Source: Eledone cirrhosa
Lineage: Eukaryota
NCBI GenBank assembly: GCA_964016885.1
Contig: OZ024742.1
Coordinates: 36,890,001 to 36,954,000, forward strand
Length of the DNA stretch: 64,000 nucleotides
Direction of reading: 5' to 3'
The translations under genes and the position numbers were made by a program. The stretch's first letter is position 1; every line of letters starts with the position of its first letter. The notes under the pieces are model-generated. The model searched no databases and was not told the DNA's origin. It saw only the letters and a list, made by a program, of their open reading frames with translations. Of this stretch, positions 1 to 12,167 are shown piece by piece.

Positions 1-45
1 TATATGTGTGTGTGTGTATGTATATATATATATATATATATACAT

Positions 46-88
<43 letters not shown>

Positions 89-255
89 TATATATATATA
101 TACACATATATAAATATATGTATATATATACATATGTATGTATATATATATGTGTGTGTGTGTGTGTGAGTATACATACACACATATATAAACATATATA
201 CATATGTATATGTGTGGGTGGGTGTGTGTGTGTGTATACATACATACATACATAC
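1..255. repeat. (TA)n/(TG)n/(CA)n microsatellite; similar tracts at 985-1130, 44610-44680, 46540-46625, 48790-48905, 61510-61720, 63885-64000
   Basis: Direct inspection. Confidence 0.97.
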
Positions 256-756
256 TTACCACCAACCCTCTCCCTCTCACTCCACTCCTGACCAGATTAT
301 TAATAACAAGTCAATGTATTTTATGTTTGGGATTTTGCTCATGTTTTGGCTGAGAGGAGTTGTTGTTGTTTTGTTGTTGTTTTGCTGTTGTTTTGTTTGT
401 TTGTTTGTTTTGTATTTGGCTGTCGCTCTAAAGTGTTCAAGTACAGGTTTTACTTGATGACATATACATGTACGTTTTGTATATTTACACGTATATATAT
501 GAATATATATATTTATATATATATATACATACATCGCCTGATCAAACCCGAGCTGATCGATTCGAAATAATTGTAATATGCAATAAAGCTTCATAGCAGG
601 CTGACAGTCTGACCTCTTATTGTCACTATATAAACACTCTGCAAACTACAGCTGCACTTAAACCTCGACCACAACCTAACGAGAGACAGACCCCGTAACA
701 GCATCGAGTGTTTCAACCAGCGTCGCTGCTAGAAAACACTGGTTACTACATAGTAA

Positions 757-793
<37 letters not shown>

Positions 794-794
794 A

Positions 795-901
795 GAAACG
801 ATTCAGGACCCCGACGGCTGAGCTCCGGCCGTTTCGACAGCTAGATCCGAACTAGCTGTCGAAACGGCCGGAGCTCAGCCGTCGGGGTCCTGAATCGTTT
901 C
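795..901. repeat. Perfect palindrome with 50-bp arms and a 7-nt loop, derived from the 3' half of a hammerhead
   Basis: 795-844 is the exact reverse complement of 852-901. Loop is atccgaa. (TA)n on both sides. Confidence 0.95.
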
Positions 902-1021
902 ATATTACACACTCTACTACCCCAAGTATCAAGTACTCTGGTGGGTTATGGTCCACTTGGTATTTTACCACACCCTGTCTTTTCTGATATATATATATAT
1001 TATATATAATATATATATATT

Positions 1022-1134
<113 letters not shown>

Positions 1135-1659
1135 ATGGGTGAGAAGAATACTGCTGGTTGCACATGGATAACATGTTATAAAATGAGTCCCTCATCAGTG
1201 ATTTACCAAACGATCATGGGTATTTAATCGCATTAAAAATCATATACCTCACGTTGGAGCGATAATAACTAAAATAGGTTATTAGGACAATAGAAACGCG
1301 TAAAGCGAGTGAGACAAGTAAACAACACAGGGGGAAGCTAACCGAAGATGGAAATAAACACAAGCAACATAGTTATTCTTTCAGCTTAAGCTGTGTGAAT
1401 ATATGAGCGAGTCAGAAACAGACCTTTCCCTAGTGAATCCGGTGTTAGAAAAAATGAAAACCGTTTTCATATAACTGAGTATATATATATATATATATAC
1501 ATAGTAATAACAATAAATGTGAAGACTAAAATCCGGAGAGCTCGTTAAGGGTGAGAGCAGCGATTCTATGCTTAAACTTTAATCTGTTATTTTAATAACT
1601 ATATATATATATGTTCTTCTTTACTTGTTCGAGCCTTGCTGGGCACTGGCATTGTTACT

Positions 1660-2010
1660 ATGTTTTCTATAGCTGCCATTCCTTGGTTGTCCATTAATAC
1701 TTGAAGCTGTTTGACACTGCTGCCCGCATTTGTGTTTTTTGCCGCGTTGTAGGCTCATCCGGGATCTTTGATAATAGAATGACGTTATACTTCTTGAAAA
1801 CGTCTACATCCATATCATGTAGATCTCCCGGGCATTTTACAACATATTAAAGAGTTGAGAATACTTGAACCCCAAGATATTGCAGTATTTGGTCCCTACT
1901 TTAAATGTAGAGGATAGGAATTTTAACTCTTTTTATTAACTGTGTGTGAGGATTGGTCCATCTCTCAATGGCGAAATCTCGTGTTAGCCTTTCCAAGATC
2001 TTCCACATAC
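1660..2010 (-). mobile_element. CR1/L2-group LINE 3' end fragment
   Basis: Minus-strand translation with stops and shifts: YMWKILERL...QLFNML...DVDVFKK...LSKIPDEP...RAAVSNS. Confidence 0.65.
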
Positions 2011-2066
<56 letters not shown>

Positions 2067-3139
2067 CTGAGTATATTTTTCGGCTTCGACCAGCCATGTG
2101 AAAGATGCTTAGATCAAGTGCTGCCTGTGCTTGAAGCACTCTTAAGTGAAAAAAAGCCTTACACTATACCGGGCCCACTCTCTGAACAACGGAAACTAAA
2201 AAGAACATGGGGTCCACATCATTGACTGTCATCAAGTCGCAGATTTTACACCAGAGTTTTCCTTCGAGAAAGATGCCCCAACAAGGACCATTGTGTCTAT
2301 GTGTGTAACCTATTAGTTCGATAAAAAGATATGGATAAAATACTACCAGGCTGGAAATTGCGTTTTGTAGATATTTTTTATAATTTAGGCAGTTCATATT
2401 GCCAATAATAACATGTACACTGTTTGTATTTCACTTCAGTGTCTTTATCAATTAGTTACATAATTAGTTAATTAGATAATCATTCATTTAATTAAATGAT
2501 TGATTAATTCTTTTGTCACAACCTGTGACCCTATCAATGAGAAAGTGCTCCTCTTCTTTACCAACATGTCATTATAGATAAGGAGAAAGTCAGTAACGAA
2601 AACCTCTGATAAACTGACTAATCTATTTATTTATTAAATAATTAATTAGTTAATTATCTAATTGACTAAAAATAAAATCGGAGTGAAAACCAACCGGTGT
2701 GTATATGTTTTATTAGCAGTATAACGCTCCCAAATTACAAGGAATGCTAAATAAAGTTTTCCTTGCTTTAATTCTCTTATCTCTGATGTTTTTATTATGT
2801 AACATAACTGTTTCTACTTTAGGCACAAGGCCAGCAATTTGAAGGGGAGGGGAAAGTCGATTAAATTGACTGGTGCTCTATTTTATTGACCCCGTAAGGA
2901 TGAAAGGCAAATCTAACTTCGGCGGGATTTTAACTTAGAAGGTAAAGGGCCGTAACTCTCTGTCGTGAAGCATGGTGTCCGATGTTCTACCGATACTGCC
3001 AATAACACAATATTCTTGGTTTTGATTATTTACATAACTTCAAGATAGCCCTTGGAGAATCTTCCAAATTTCATGCAATTTATGTAAATATGCAGTTGTT
3101 TATCACCTGCAGCATACAGCTTGAGGCTGTTCGTATACA

Positions 3140-5206
3140 CAGGCCTGGCGCCTGGGTATTTAATGACTAAACCTATAGTGTATGCCTAAGTATTTAGGCC
3201 CTAAGCTAGCCTTACAACGTGTACTTGGGTATTTAGTATCCTAAGTTAGCTTTACAATGCGTACCTGTGTATTTAACACCCTAGGCTAATACTATAAAGA
3301 CTTCTTCGGCATTTAGTGCCAAGGGTTAGTCATACATAATGAGCCTGGGTATTTAGTGCCCTAGGCTAGCCCTAAAGTGTGCCAAGGTATTTAGTGCTCT
3401 AGGCTAGCCCTACAATGTGTGCCAATGTATTTAGTGCTCTAGGCTAGCCCTAAAGTGTGCCATGGTATTTAGTGCTCTAGGTTAGCCCTACTATGTGTGT
3501 CTGGGTATTTCGTGCTCTAGGTTAACCCTACTATGTTTGGTTGGGTATTTAGTGCTCTAGGTTACCCCTACTGTGTTTGTCTGGGTATTTAGTGCTCTAG
3601 GTTAGCTCTGCTATGTGTGTTTGGGTATTTAGTCCTCTAGGTTAGCCCTACTATGTGTGTCTGGTTATTTAGTGCTCTAGGTTAGCCCTACTATGTGTGC
3701 CAAGGTATTTAGTGCTCTAGGTTAGCCCTACTATGTTTGTCTGGGTATTTAGTGCTCTAGATTAGCCCTACTATGTGTGCCAAGGTATTTAGTGCTCTAG
3801 GTTAGCCCTACTATGTTTGGCTGGGTATTTAGTGCTCTAGGTTACCCCTACTATGTTTGGCTGGGTATTTAGTGCTCTAGGTTACCCCTACTATGTTTGT
3901 CTGGGTATTTAGTGCTCTAGGTTAGCTCTGCTCTGTGTGTTTGGGTATTTAGTCCTCTAGGTTAGCCCTACTATGTGTGTCTGGTTATTTAGTGCTCTAG
4001 GTTAGCCCTACTATGTTTGTCTGGGTATTTAGTGCTCTAGGTTAGCGCTGCTATATGTGTTTGGGTATTTAGTCCTCTAGGTTAGCCCTACTATGTTTGG
4101 CTGGGTATTTAGTGCTCTAGGTTACCTCTACTATGTTTGTCTGGGTATTTAGTGCTCCAGGTTAGTCCTACAATGTGTGCCAAGGTATTTAGTGCTCTAG
4201 GTTAGCCCTACTATGTTTGTCTGGGTATTTAGTCCTCTAGGTTAGCTCTGCTATATGTGTTTGGGTATTTAGTCCTCTAGGTTAGCCCTACTATGTTTGG
4301 CTGGGTATTTAGTGCTCTAGGTTAGCCCTACTATGTTTGGCTGGGTATTTAGTGATCTAGGTTACCCCTACTATGTTTGTCTGGGTATTTAGTGCTCTAG
4401 GTTAGCTCTGCTCTGTGTGTTTGGGTATTTAGTCCTCTAGGTCCTACTATGTGTGTCTGGTTATTTAGTGCTCTAGGTTAGCCCTACTATGTTTGTCTGG
4501 GTATTTAGTGCTCTAGGTTAGCTCTGCTATATGTGTTTGGGTATTTAGTCCTCTAGGTTAGCCCTACTATGTTTGGCTGGGTATTTAGTGCTCTAGGTTA
4601 CCTCTACTATGTTTGTCTGGGTATTTAGTGCTCCAGGTTAGTCCTACAATGTGTGCCAAGGTATTTAGTGCTCTAGGTTAGCCCTACTATGTTTGTCTGG
4701 GTATTTAGTCCTCTAGGTTAGCTCTGCTATATGTGTTTGGGTATTTAGTCCTCTAGGTTAGCCCTACTATGTGTGTTTGGGTATTTAGTGCTCTAGGCTA
4801 GCACTACTATGTTTGTCTGGATATTTAGTGCTCTAGGTTAGCCCTAATATGTGTGCTAAGGTATTTAGTGCTCTGGGTTAGCCCTACTATGTTTGGCTGG
4901 GTATTTAGTGCTCTAGACTAGCCCTACTCTGTGTGCCAAGGTATTTAGTGTTCTAGGTTAGCCCTACTATGTGTGCCAAGGTATTTAGTGCTTCAGATTA
5001 GCCCTACTATGTTTTTCTGGGTATTTAGTGCTCTAGGTTAGCCATACAATGTATGCCAAGGTATTTAGTGCTCTAGGTTAGCCCTACTATGTGTGCCAAG
5101 GTATTTAGTGCTCTAGGTTAGCCCTACAATGTGTGCCAAGGTATTTAGTGCTCTATGTTAGCCCTACTATGTGTGTCTGGGTATTTAGTGCTCTAGGCTA
5201 GCCCTA
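3140..5206. repeat. 40-bp tandem satellite, about 50 units (gggtatttagtgctctaggttagccctactatgtttgtct)
   Basis: Directly visible 40-nt period, degenerate at the left edge. Confidence 0.97.
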
Positions 5207-6403
5207 TGGTGGCATATTCCTACAAAGTGTTCCCCATTCTCCCAGACAAAATAACTTCCACGTAGTTTTTAAAGTCTTTTGCTCTGATTACACCAAGAAA
5301 ATGATTAAACACGTATTTTCTACAACACAATCCACAGCTATCCTCGCCAAATTATGTGGTAGGTCATAACATCATACGGCCTTTTCCCTTGTTTGGGATA
5401 TTTTCACAACGCTGCTACACGACAAAGATGTTTAACAATTAGTTAATTGATCGCAGGAAATTATTATATATGCTGTTTAATTATTCAGATTTTTATAACA
5501 CTGTGATCCGTTCTTGGTGGTTGCCTAGTTGGCCTTGGTGGTAGCGCCGGTCCTGTTTATATAGGTGGTGGACATTATTTATCATGGACGCAAGCATGGC
5601 AGTATGGTTAAGAATTTGGCTTCATAATCATTAAGTCCCAAGTTCTTAAAACCCATTTCTAACACTGTTCGTGGGTGATGGAATGGCGGAAATGTTAGAG
5701 CATTGAAAAAAGTGCTTTGCAGTATTTGTTCCTACTCTTTGTGTTCTGAGTTCAAATTCTTCTGTAGCCATCTTTGATGGTAGACGTAATCAGTCGCCCA
5801 ATTTATCACCAACAGTGGAATCCAGTCTGTTGCCAGCATTCAGGACAGGTCTCCTTTTTCTTTACTTTATTCCTTTCCTCCATCCCATCAGTCTAAGAAA
5901 CCCTGAAAAGGACCACAGTCATTGCCTTTCTCTCCCTGACTAAACAGAAAAAAAACAAAAATCTCCAGTACGTTACTGATACGATTTTATCGATCATAGA
6001 AAGGTTGAAAGGCAAAGTTGATCCTGACAGAGACTGAACTCAGAACATAAAAGGACATTAGTAAATAGCGCAAAACATTAACCCCGATGTTCTACCGATC
6101 ATGTCGTTCACAATAATGATTTCTTTTATATGTGACAACGACGAAACTTCTACGTGGCTGCTTGTCCTGCTAGAAATAGCAACCAAATCTCCCTTAAATA
6201 ACACTGTACTGTCTTAAATAAACTTTAAAAGGCGGGATGATCTCAGTTGGAATGCATTTGATTAGAGACAATGTCTGGTTTAGGCACACTCTAAACAAAC
6301 TATAGCTTACTGCCTCACAGTCCAACAAAGCAATGTGTTTGCGATTTTCTTTTTTTTAGTTTTTCTTATGTAATAAGGATTTCCAGACTTTATCTAACGC
6401 GTA

Positions 6404-6545
6404 GGCGCATGGCTTAGTGGTTAGAGCATTAGGCTTGCAATCGAAAGGTTGTGAGTTCAATTCTCGGACCGGGTGATGTGTTTTTTCTTTGAGCAAGACA
6501 CTTCATTTCACGTTGCTCCAGTTTACTCAGCTGTAGAAATGAGAC
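6404..6545 (+). mobile_element. tRNA-derived SINE family B. Other + copies at about 10885-11090, 13853-14170, 17783-17855, 33716-33820; - copies at about 13590-13770, 19648-19795, 22560-22810, 26185-26470, 26830-27108
   Basis: A box tggcttagtggtt, B box gagttcaattc, core ttgagcaagacacttcatttcacgttgctccag. Confidence 0.85.
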
Positions 6546-6966
6546 GATAGGACTGGGGCCCCTATCATTAAATTACCCAAGACACCTCCAACGAGATATA
6601 CCTTGGAGGAAGCCAGCTAAACCTGCATAGGTGTGAGCTGTCACACACACACACACACAGATCTAACTCAAGGGTCTCAAAAATGCAGTCCGCAAACTAC
6701 TTTTCTATGGATTGCAGCAGACCAATTTTCGTGATTGATATTTTCCTAAAACTTAGTCATTTATGCCTCGTCCCTTCCATACTCTTGCATGTAATTTGTT
6801 AAGTTGTTTTTTTTAACTTTTGTTGAAGATATCTGTTATTTCTTTAAACTAGAATTTTTTCAACACACTACACGCGCGCGCGCGCGCGTGTGTGTGGGTG
6901 TGTGAGAGAGAGAGTGTGTGTGTGTGTGCGTGGGTGTGTGTGTGCATACATTTATATATATGAGTA

Positions 6967-7134
6967 CCGTATTTCCCGGCACCGAGGTCGCCTCGTCCTC
7001 GAGGACGCACCCTAATTTTGACAACCAAAAGTTTGAAAAAAAATACTAAACAACCTTTGGCCTCCAGGACGCATGGTAGATTTTTGAGACTTATTTTAGG
7101 AAAAAAGTAGCGTCTTCGACTCCGGGAAATACGG
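6967..7134. mobile_element. Tc1/mariner-superfamily MITE
   Basis: TIRs CCGTATTTCCCGG / CCGGGAAATACGG flanked by TA on both sides. Confidence 0.9.
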
Positions 7135-7189
7135 TATATATATATATATAAACGCGCAAACAGACACACTTACAAACATACATACTCAC

Positions 7190-7372
7190 TCACATACATT
7201 CACACAAACACACACATACATTCACACAAACACACACATACATTCACACAAACACACACATACATTCACACAAACACACACATACATTCACACAAACATA
7301 CACATACATTCACACAAACACACACATACATTCACACAAACACACACATACATTCACACAACCACACACATA
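7190..7372. repeat. 22-bp minisatellite (cacatacattcacacaaacaca)n
   Basis: About 8 visible tandem units. Confidence 0.9.
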
Positions 7373-8459
7373 TACATACACTCACACACATCGCAGCAAA
7401 TGGAACGCCAGCCGCTGTTTTGCTATGGTTTTTTTCACCATCCCCTTTCTTCTACATTGTGTGACGAGCGGAAGTCGCTCAAATATATATATAGAGATGT
7501 AACAGAACGTTGAATTTAGCTTTAATTTTTCGCGATTTTAATAATATTTATAGTACAATATTATTGCAATTTACTCATGAAATACAATACAATGGAAAAA
7601 CCGGAATTTATCCAAAGTGAAAACGAAACAGAATTAAGGAAACTTGGAAAGGGAAAATCTCTCCCACCCCCACCCCCTCCCCACCTCCTAAATTTTGTAC
7701 TAATTCAAATATCCCACTTACTATCATATGTGTATTCATTTTGATGAAAAATAAATAACAGCGTATCAGCTGTCTTGAAGATCAGCGTTCCTCCTCTCCA
7801 TACACACGCACGCATGTATCTGTGTGTATATCATGACTCATATACTGTTCACTTTCCTGACATTGGCACATTATTCTATGTACTATGCATGCACCTTTGA
7901 TGAGTTGTAGTGCACCTGAGCACTGTACACAATAATTTTCATTATTTGGACAGTAACGGTGGAGGGTCGGACGCCATGCTTTGCATCATAGAGTTATGCC
8001 CCTTTACGGTCTGAGTTCAAATCCCGCCGAGGTTAACTTTGCCTTTTATCCTTACAGGGTCGATAAAATAAAGCACCATAATGCACTGAGATAATTGCTG
8101 GCCTTGTGCCAAAAGTAGAAACAATTATTATTATTTTAATATTATAACTGGTGGAAATCCCGCCTCCCCCACCCTATTCCACATTCATCTCTCTTTGGCT
8201 CGCTGTGCCTCGCCCCCAGAATGTAATGGCACTTTTGAGTCCTTGAGTTTGTGACCATTAATCTAACCTAAAATTAGATCTGCTCGACAAGGTCGTCCCT
8301 GTGGCCAAACAGCGACAACGATTTCTTCTATATGCTTCCTAGCCACGAAAATAAATGTAAAATGCTAGAATTAATGAGAAAAGGGACATAACTATATGCG
8401 AATACAAGTATCCGAAATGTGTAGTGATATATAGACATTTAAAAAGTCACTGCCTCCGT

Positions 8460-9290
8460 CTCTCTCCTCTCCCCAATTCTCACTCTTATATGCAAATGGG
8501 AGCCCACACGCTAGCCGCCCCGCGGTCCCGGTGGACAGAATAGAGAAGGCGTTTCCCTGAAGGATGGTGAAGGGGACGCGTTGGAAGAGCCATTTCAGCT
8601 CGCGAGTAGCCAACTCCGTGCCGATGGTGGTGAGTAGGGAGGTGGTCCTAGGGCTAAGAACACCAGAAGTCTCCACTGCTACGGGCTCAATCGAAAATCT
8701 GTCGGAGAGTAACCAATAATTGGAGAGTTTAACTTCCTCGGCCCGAAGTGCAACAGAGCCTGTGTTGGTCGCAGACTACACCAGGTTGCCGCTGGAGAAT
8801 GTGTCGCTGCATGTTGCATCCCAGATGAGGGGTTTACCACTGCAGAATGGGAAGATGGTCACGTCGTCTGGCCTTTTGCCGTCCCTTCAGTCCAGCCAAG
8901 CCGGCTGAAGCTGCGAAGGAATGCCTGCAGCATCCAAACTATACTTTATACAGTGGATCCGCAGCGACATTTGTGTTGCTCCCAGATCCGGAGGCCGAGC
9001 CTCAGGGAAACTCCGATTCACAGGATATCGTTATCCAGCTGCGCCGAAAAGAGAGTAAGACATTGAGCCAGGCACTACTATGTGGTTGCGAGGCCGAGTG
9101 AAACCATAAGAGGTGGTGCTGGTCAAGCTGGCGTACTAGCCTTTCTGAGGCCATGCTGCACAGGATGGAATCCCATATGCTCGGGGGGGGGGGGACATCT
9201 ACAGATGGAAGAGGAGGAGGGGCGTCTACAGGGCGGAGTCCGAACCGGTTCCAAGTCTTGCAAGCGGCCTCGCGTTCCTCGATCACAGTT
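8460..9290 (-). mobile_element. CRE-clade non-LTR retrotransposon 3' fragment (restriction-like endonuclease region), degenerate
   Basis: Minus strand: ASQPHSSAWLNVL...RDGKRPDDVTIFPFCSGKPLIWDATCSDTFSS...AVETSGVL...WLFQRVPFTILQGNAFSIL. Confidence 0.8.
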
Positions 9291-9519
9291 TGTTTATATT
9301 TTTTATTGATATTTTTTTAATAAAATAGTTGCTTTAATCGTTGTTTATTTATTTATTTGCGTTCCAGCCAAGGGGCTGAGGCCATGCTGGGGCATGTATA
9401 ATAAAATTACAATAACATTTATTATCAGAAATATACAAGTTATTTAAATAAAAAATAAGAAAAAGGTGGATAAGTAAATAAAAAGAAGAGGTGGGAAGGT
9501 AACCAACTTAACATCATTC

Positions 9520-9780
9520 GCTGGACGGTATGTCTCAGTTGCACACCGCTCACAAGATAGCAAAAGTATTTCTGCGGAGAACAACAGGTGATACCTGTTG
9601 CATCAGCCATTTCACGTCAAAGGGCTCTTTCCAAAGGTGAGATACCCTCTTCCCGATTTAGAGATGAAAAGCAGTACTCCAGAAACCGAGGACACCGTAT
9701 CTCTCGATAGCAACCTGCATAATAACTGCACATCTTTTTTGCATGTTCGTCTGTCACACGAACAATGCGATCTGTCAAAA
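9520..9780 (-). mobile_element. CRE-clade 3' end, strongly decayed
   Basis: Minus strand: AIERYGVLGFWST...IGKRVSHLWKEPFDVKWLMQQVSPVVLRRNTFAIL, which aligns to the C-termini of the other two CRE pieces. Confidence 0.55.
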
Positions 9781-9869
9781 ACCTAATTGTTTTACTTAGA
9801 ATTCATTGAATACAGATATTAGACAAGTCTGATACTTATTCTATTGATCTCTCTATTTCGTCATGAATT

Positions 9870-10660
9870 ACATAAACAAACAGTAAACGTCAGACCGGCA
9901 AGACAATTGCTGCAGGTCAATATCGTCCAACAGTGTCGTCGGACGGACGGACCGGTTAAATTGCTAGGGGTCTGGTTTGGTCTGGACCTCCAGACATATT
10001 AAAACTGAGACGAGGTGATGAGCAGGGTGGCCTCTCTGACCCAGAAATGGGCCGATAAAAAGCTATCTCTGAAGGTCGGGCGGAAGTGGTGAATGTGAAC
10101 ATCGCGTCTGTCATCTCCTACCGTCTGACCCTAAGTCTTATCTGAGTGTACTGGAGTGTTTGCTATTTGGCTTTTTGTGAAAGGGACGCGCTCCGATGGT
10201 CAGGTAGTCCATCTGTGTCAACATCCGCTGCGTGGATGAGTGGGCATGCCGTGGCTGATGACGCACAAACATACGCTAAGGTTAGATCTCCATCTTTTCG
10301 TTAACGGTGAACAGATGTTGTTGCCGTTAATTAGACACGTTTCCCCAGCTCGTGTCCTCAATGGAGCTGCAGTCCTGGGTCAAGCGAAGACAGAGAGGAA
10401 ACGCTTGGAAACTGGAATGTCTACAAGCGCTCACAGCTCTCTAATAATCGGGCTGTACAATCAGTGGAAACTCCACCTTGGTGTTTTATAGAGGGTTGGT
10501 GGCAGATAAAAGCGACTACGTTCTTGGGGAAGCTCTGGGCATCGACGAAAATCATCTAGCTACTCTTTTTAGGAGAACGTTTGGTCCAGGGCCCATGGAA
10601 ATATTCAGAAATCCCTGGCTTTGCAGTGCTACCGGGAAGCTTTGCCAGTTCGAGAGAAAT
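9870..10660 (+). mobile_element. L1/Tx1-clade LINE ORF2 fragment (post-RT region), degenerate
   Basis: PVKLLGVWFGPDLQ...QKWADKKLSLK(G)RAEVVNVNIASVISYRL...G.GMPWL, with stops and frameshifts. Confidence 0.7.
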
Positions 10661-11288
10661 TAAAAGGGCGGTGGAATGACAGTATCAATAGAGGGTCGGA
10701 TGCTATGCTTTGCATCATAGAGTTACGCCCCTTTACGGTCTGAGCTCAAATCCTGCCGAGGTGAACTTTGCTGCCCTTCATCCTTAGGGGATCGATAAAA
10801 TAAAGTACCAGCAATGCACTGGGATAATTGCTGACCTTGTGCCAAAAATAGAAACAATTATTATTATTTAAAATATTTTTATTCATGGCATCGTGTTGTA
10901 TCTTTGAGCAAGACACTTTATTTCATGTGCTCTATTCCCGGCAGTGTCACGTTGAATCTCCCTGGGAATTCCGTTAAGGGTGCATGTGTCAGTGGAATGC
11001 TTAACCACTTGCACATTAATTTCACGAGCAAGCTGTTCTGTTGTTCAAACAACTGGAACGCTCGCCGTCGGAATTGACGGAGGTCCAACACAAATTAAGC
11101 AAATTGTGAGAAAAGCAAGTCGATTGGGGAACATTCGTCAGTGATAAACAGGGGAAGCAACTCATACTATTATTTTTCTTGTGTTATTTTTAATAATCAT
11201 ATATCACTCCCGCTCTCTAATCACTGTTTTTAGACTTGTCTCCCTTTGTTGTTGCTGTTACATTTTTTTTTAATGTCTATTTACCCAG

Positions 11289-11344
11289 GTTTTTCATAAT
11301 TCTATCTTTGGCTGTAGCTTAAAACAGACTCGACTATAATAATT
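11289..11344 (+). other. Candidate non-coding 5'UTR exon of the RAP1-like gene
   Basis: tttacccag| acceptor and |gtaagt donor in unique, relatively CpG-rich sequence. When spliced to 14354 it has an in-frame TAA (11320-11322). Confidence 0.45.
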
Positions 11345-11539
11345 GTAAGTTGCTTCATTTTAATACGCTGTAAATTTTAATGTATTTAATATTATAAGCT
11401 CTGTTCTCGTATTGATTATAGTATAATGTTGTTATGAGTTCGTTAAATCGTCCAACAGACATCGTTGCTTTTGTCAAAAATAACGAGTCAAAATACTGTT
11501 TTCTAAGCCGGGTTTTTTTTTGGGGGGGGGGGGGTCGTT

Positions 11540-11849
11540 TTAAGTAGACAGCAATCGCGATGTGTAATGAAATAAGAATGGACGATTGCCCGATTTATTT
11601 GTATATGTTAAATTCCGAATGATTAATAAGTAGAAGGGAAAGAAATATCGCAATATGCATGGTTGATACATCCACGGAAAAAGATCGAAGAGGACCCCCA
11701 AAGATGAATTAGTGGCAGACAATCGACAGGGACCTGAAACCTGACTACAAAAGTTGGAATGATGTATCGATAAATGCAACTGACCGTGGTCATTGGAGCA
11801 CTTTAGCTGCTTCCTCTATCCCCACACGCGGGAACTTCTAAGTCTAAGT
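11540..11849 (+). mobile_element. RTE-group LINE 3' end with a (CTAAGT)n tail
   Basis: GKDRRGPPKMN*WQTIDRDL...SWNDV...ATDRGHW followed by ctaagtctaagt. Confidence 0.55.
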
Positions 11850-12167
11850 CATGGAACGTAACTTTTCTTTATCTCTGCAAGAATTTTGGTGATATAAATT
11901 TATCATGATTTACAAATAGAAACAAATGCTTAGAATTAAATTGCTTGATAATGATTAAAGTATGTTATTGTAATTGATATTAAAGAATGTAAAACTAATG
12001 ATCGAGGTTGCTGTCTACTGAAAACGAAAGAGCTTCATACACACATTTAACGATTGATCAAGTATGCTGTTTGATTATATCGTATCAATCTGGTAAACGA
12101 GAATTGTTCAAAATATAAAAGTGCGTAGGACACTATACGTATATCGTAGATGAATTATCTTACAACT

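Noticed and set aside
1140-1210. Minus-strand CTGATGAGGG hammerhead-like start (also CTGACGA at about 49930)
   Set aside because: No GAAA at the required position, too decayed to call.
3140-5206. Regular repeats with a variable segment, resembling a CRISPR array
   Set aside because: Units are contiguous 40-mers with only point variants and no unique spacers. There are no cas genes and the context is eukaryotic.
6404-6475. tRNA-like A/B box sequences here and at many other sites
   Set aside because: They are SINE heads followed by shared SINE bodies, with no convincing cloverleaf.
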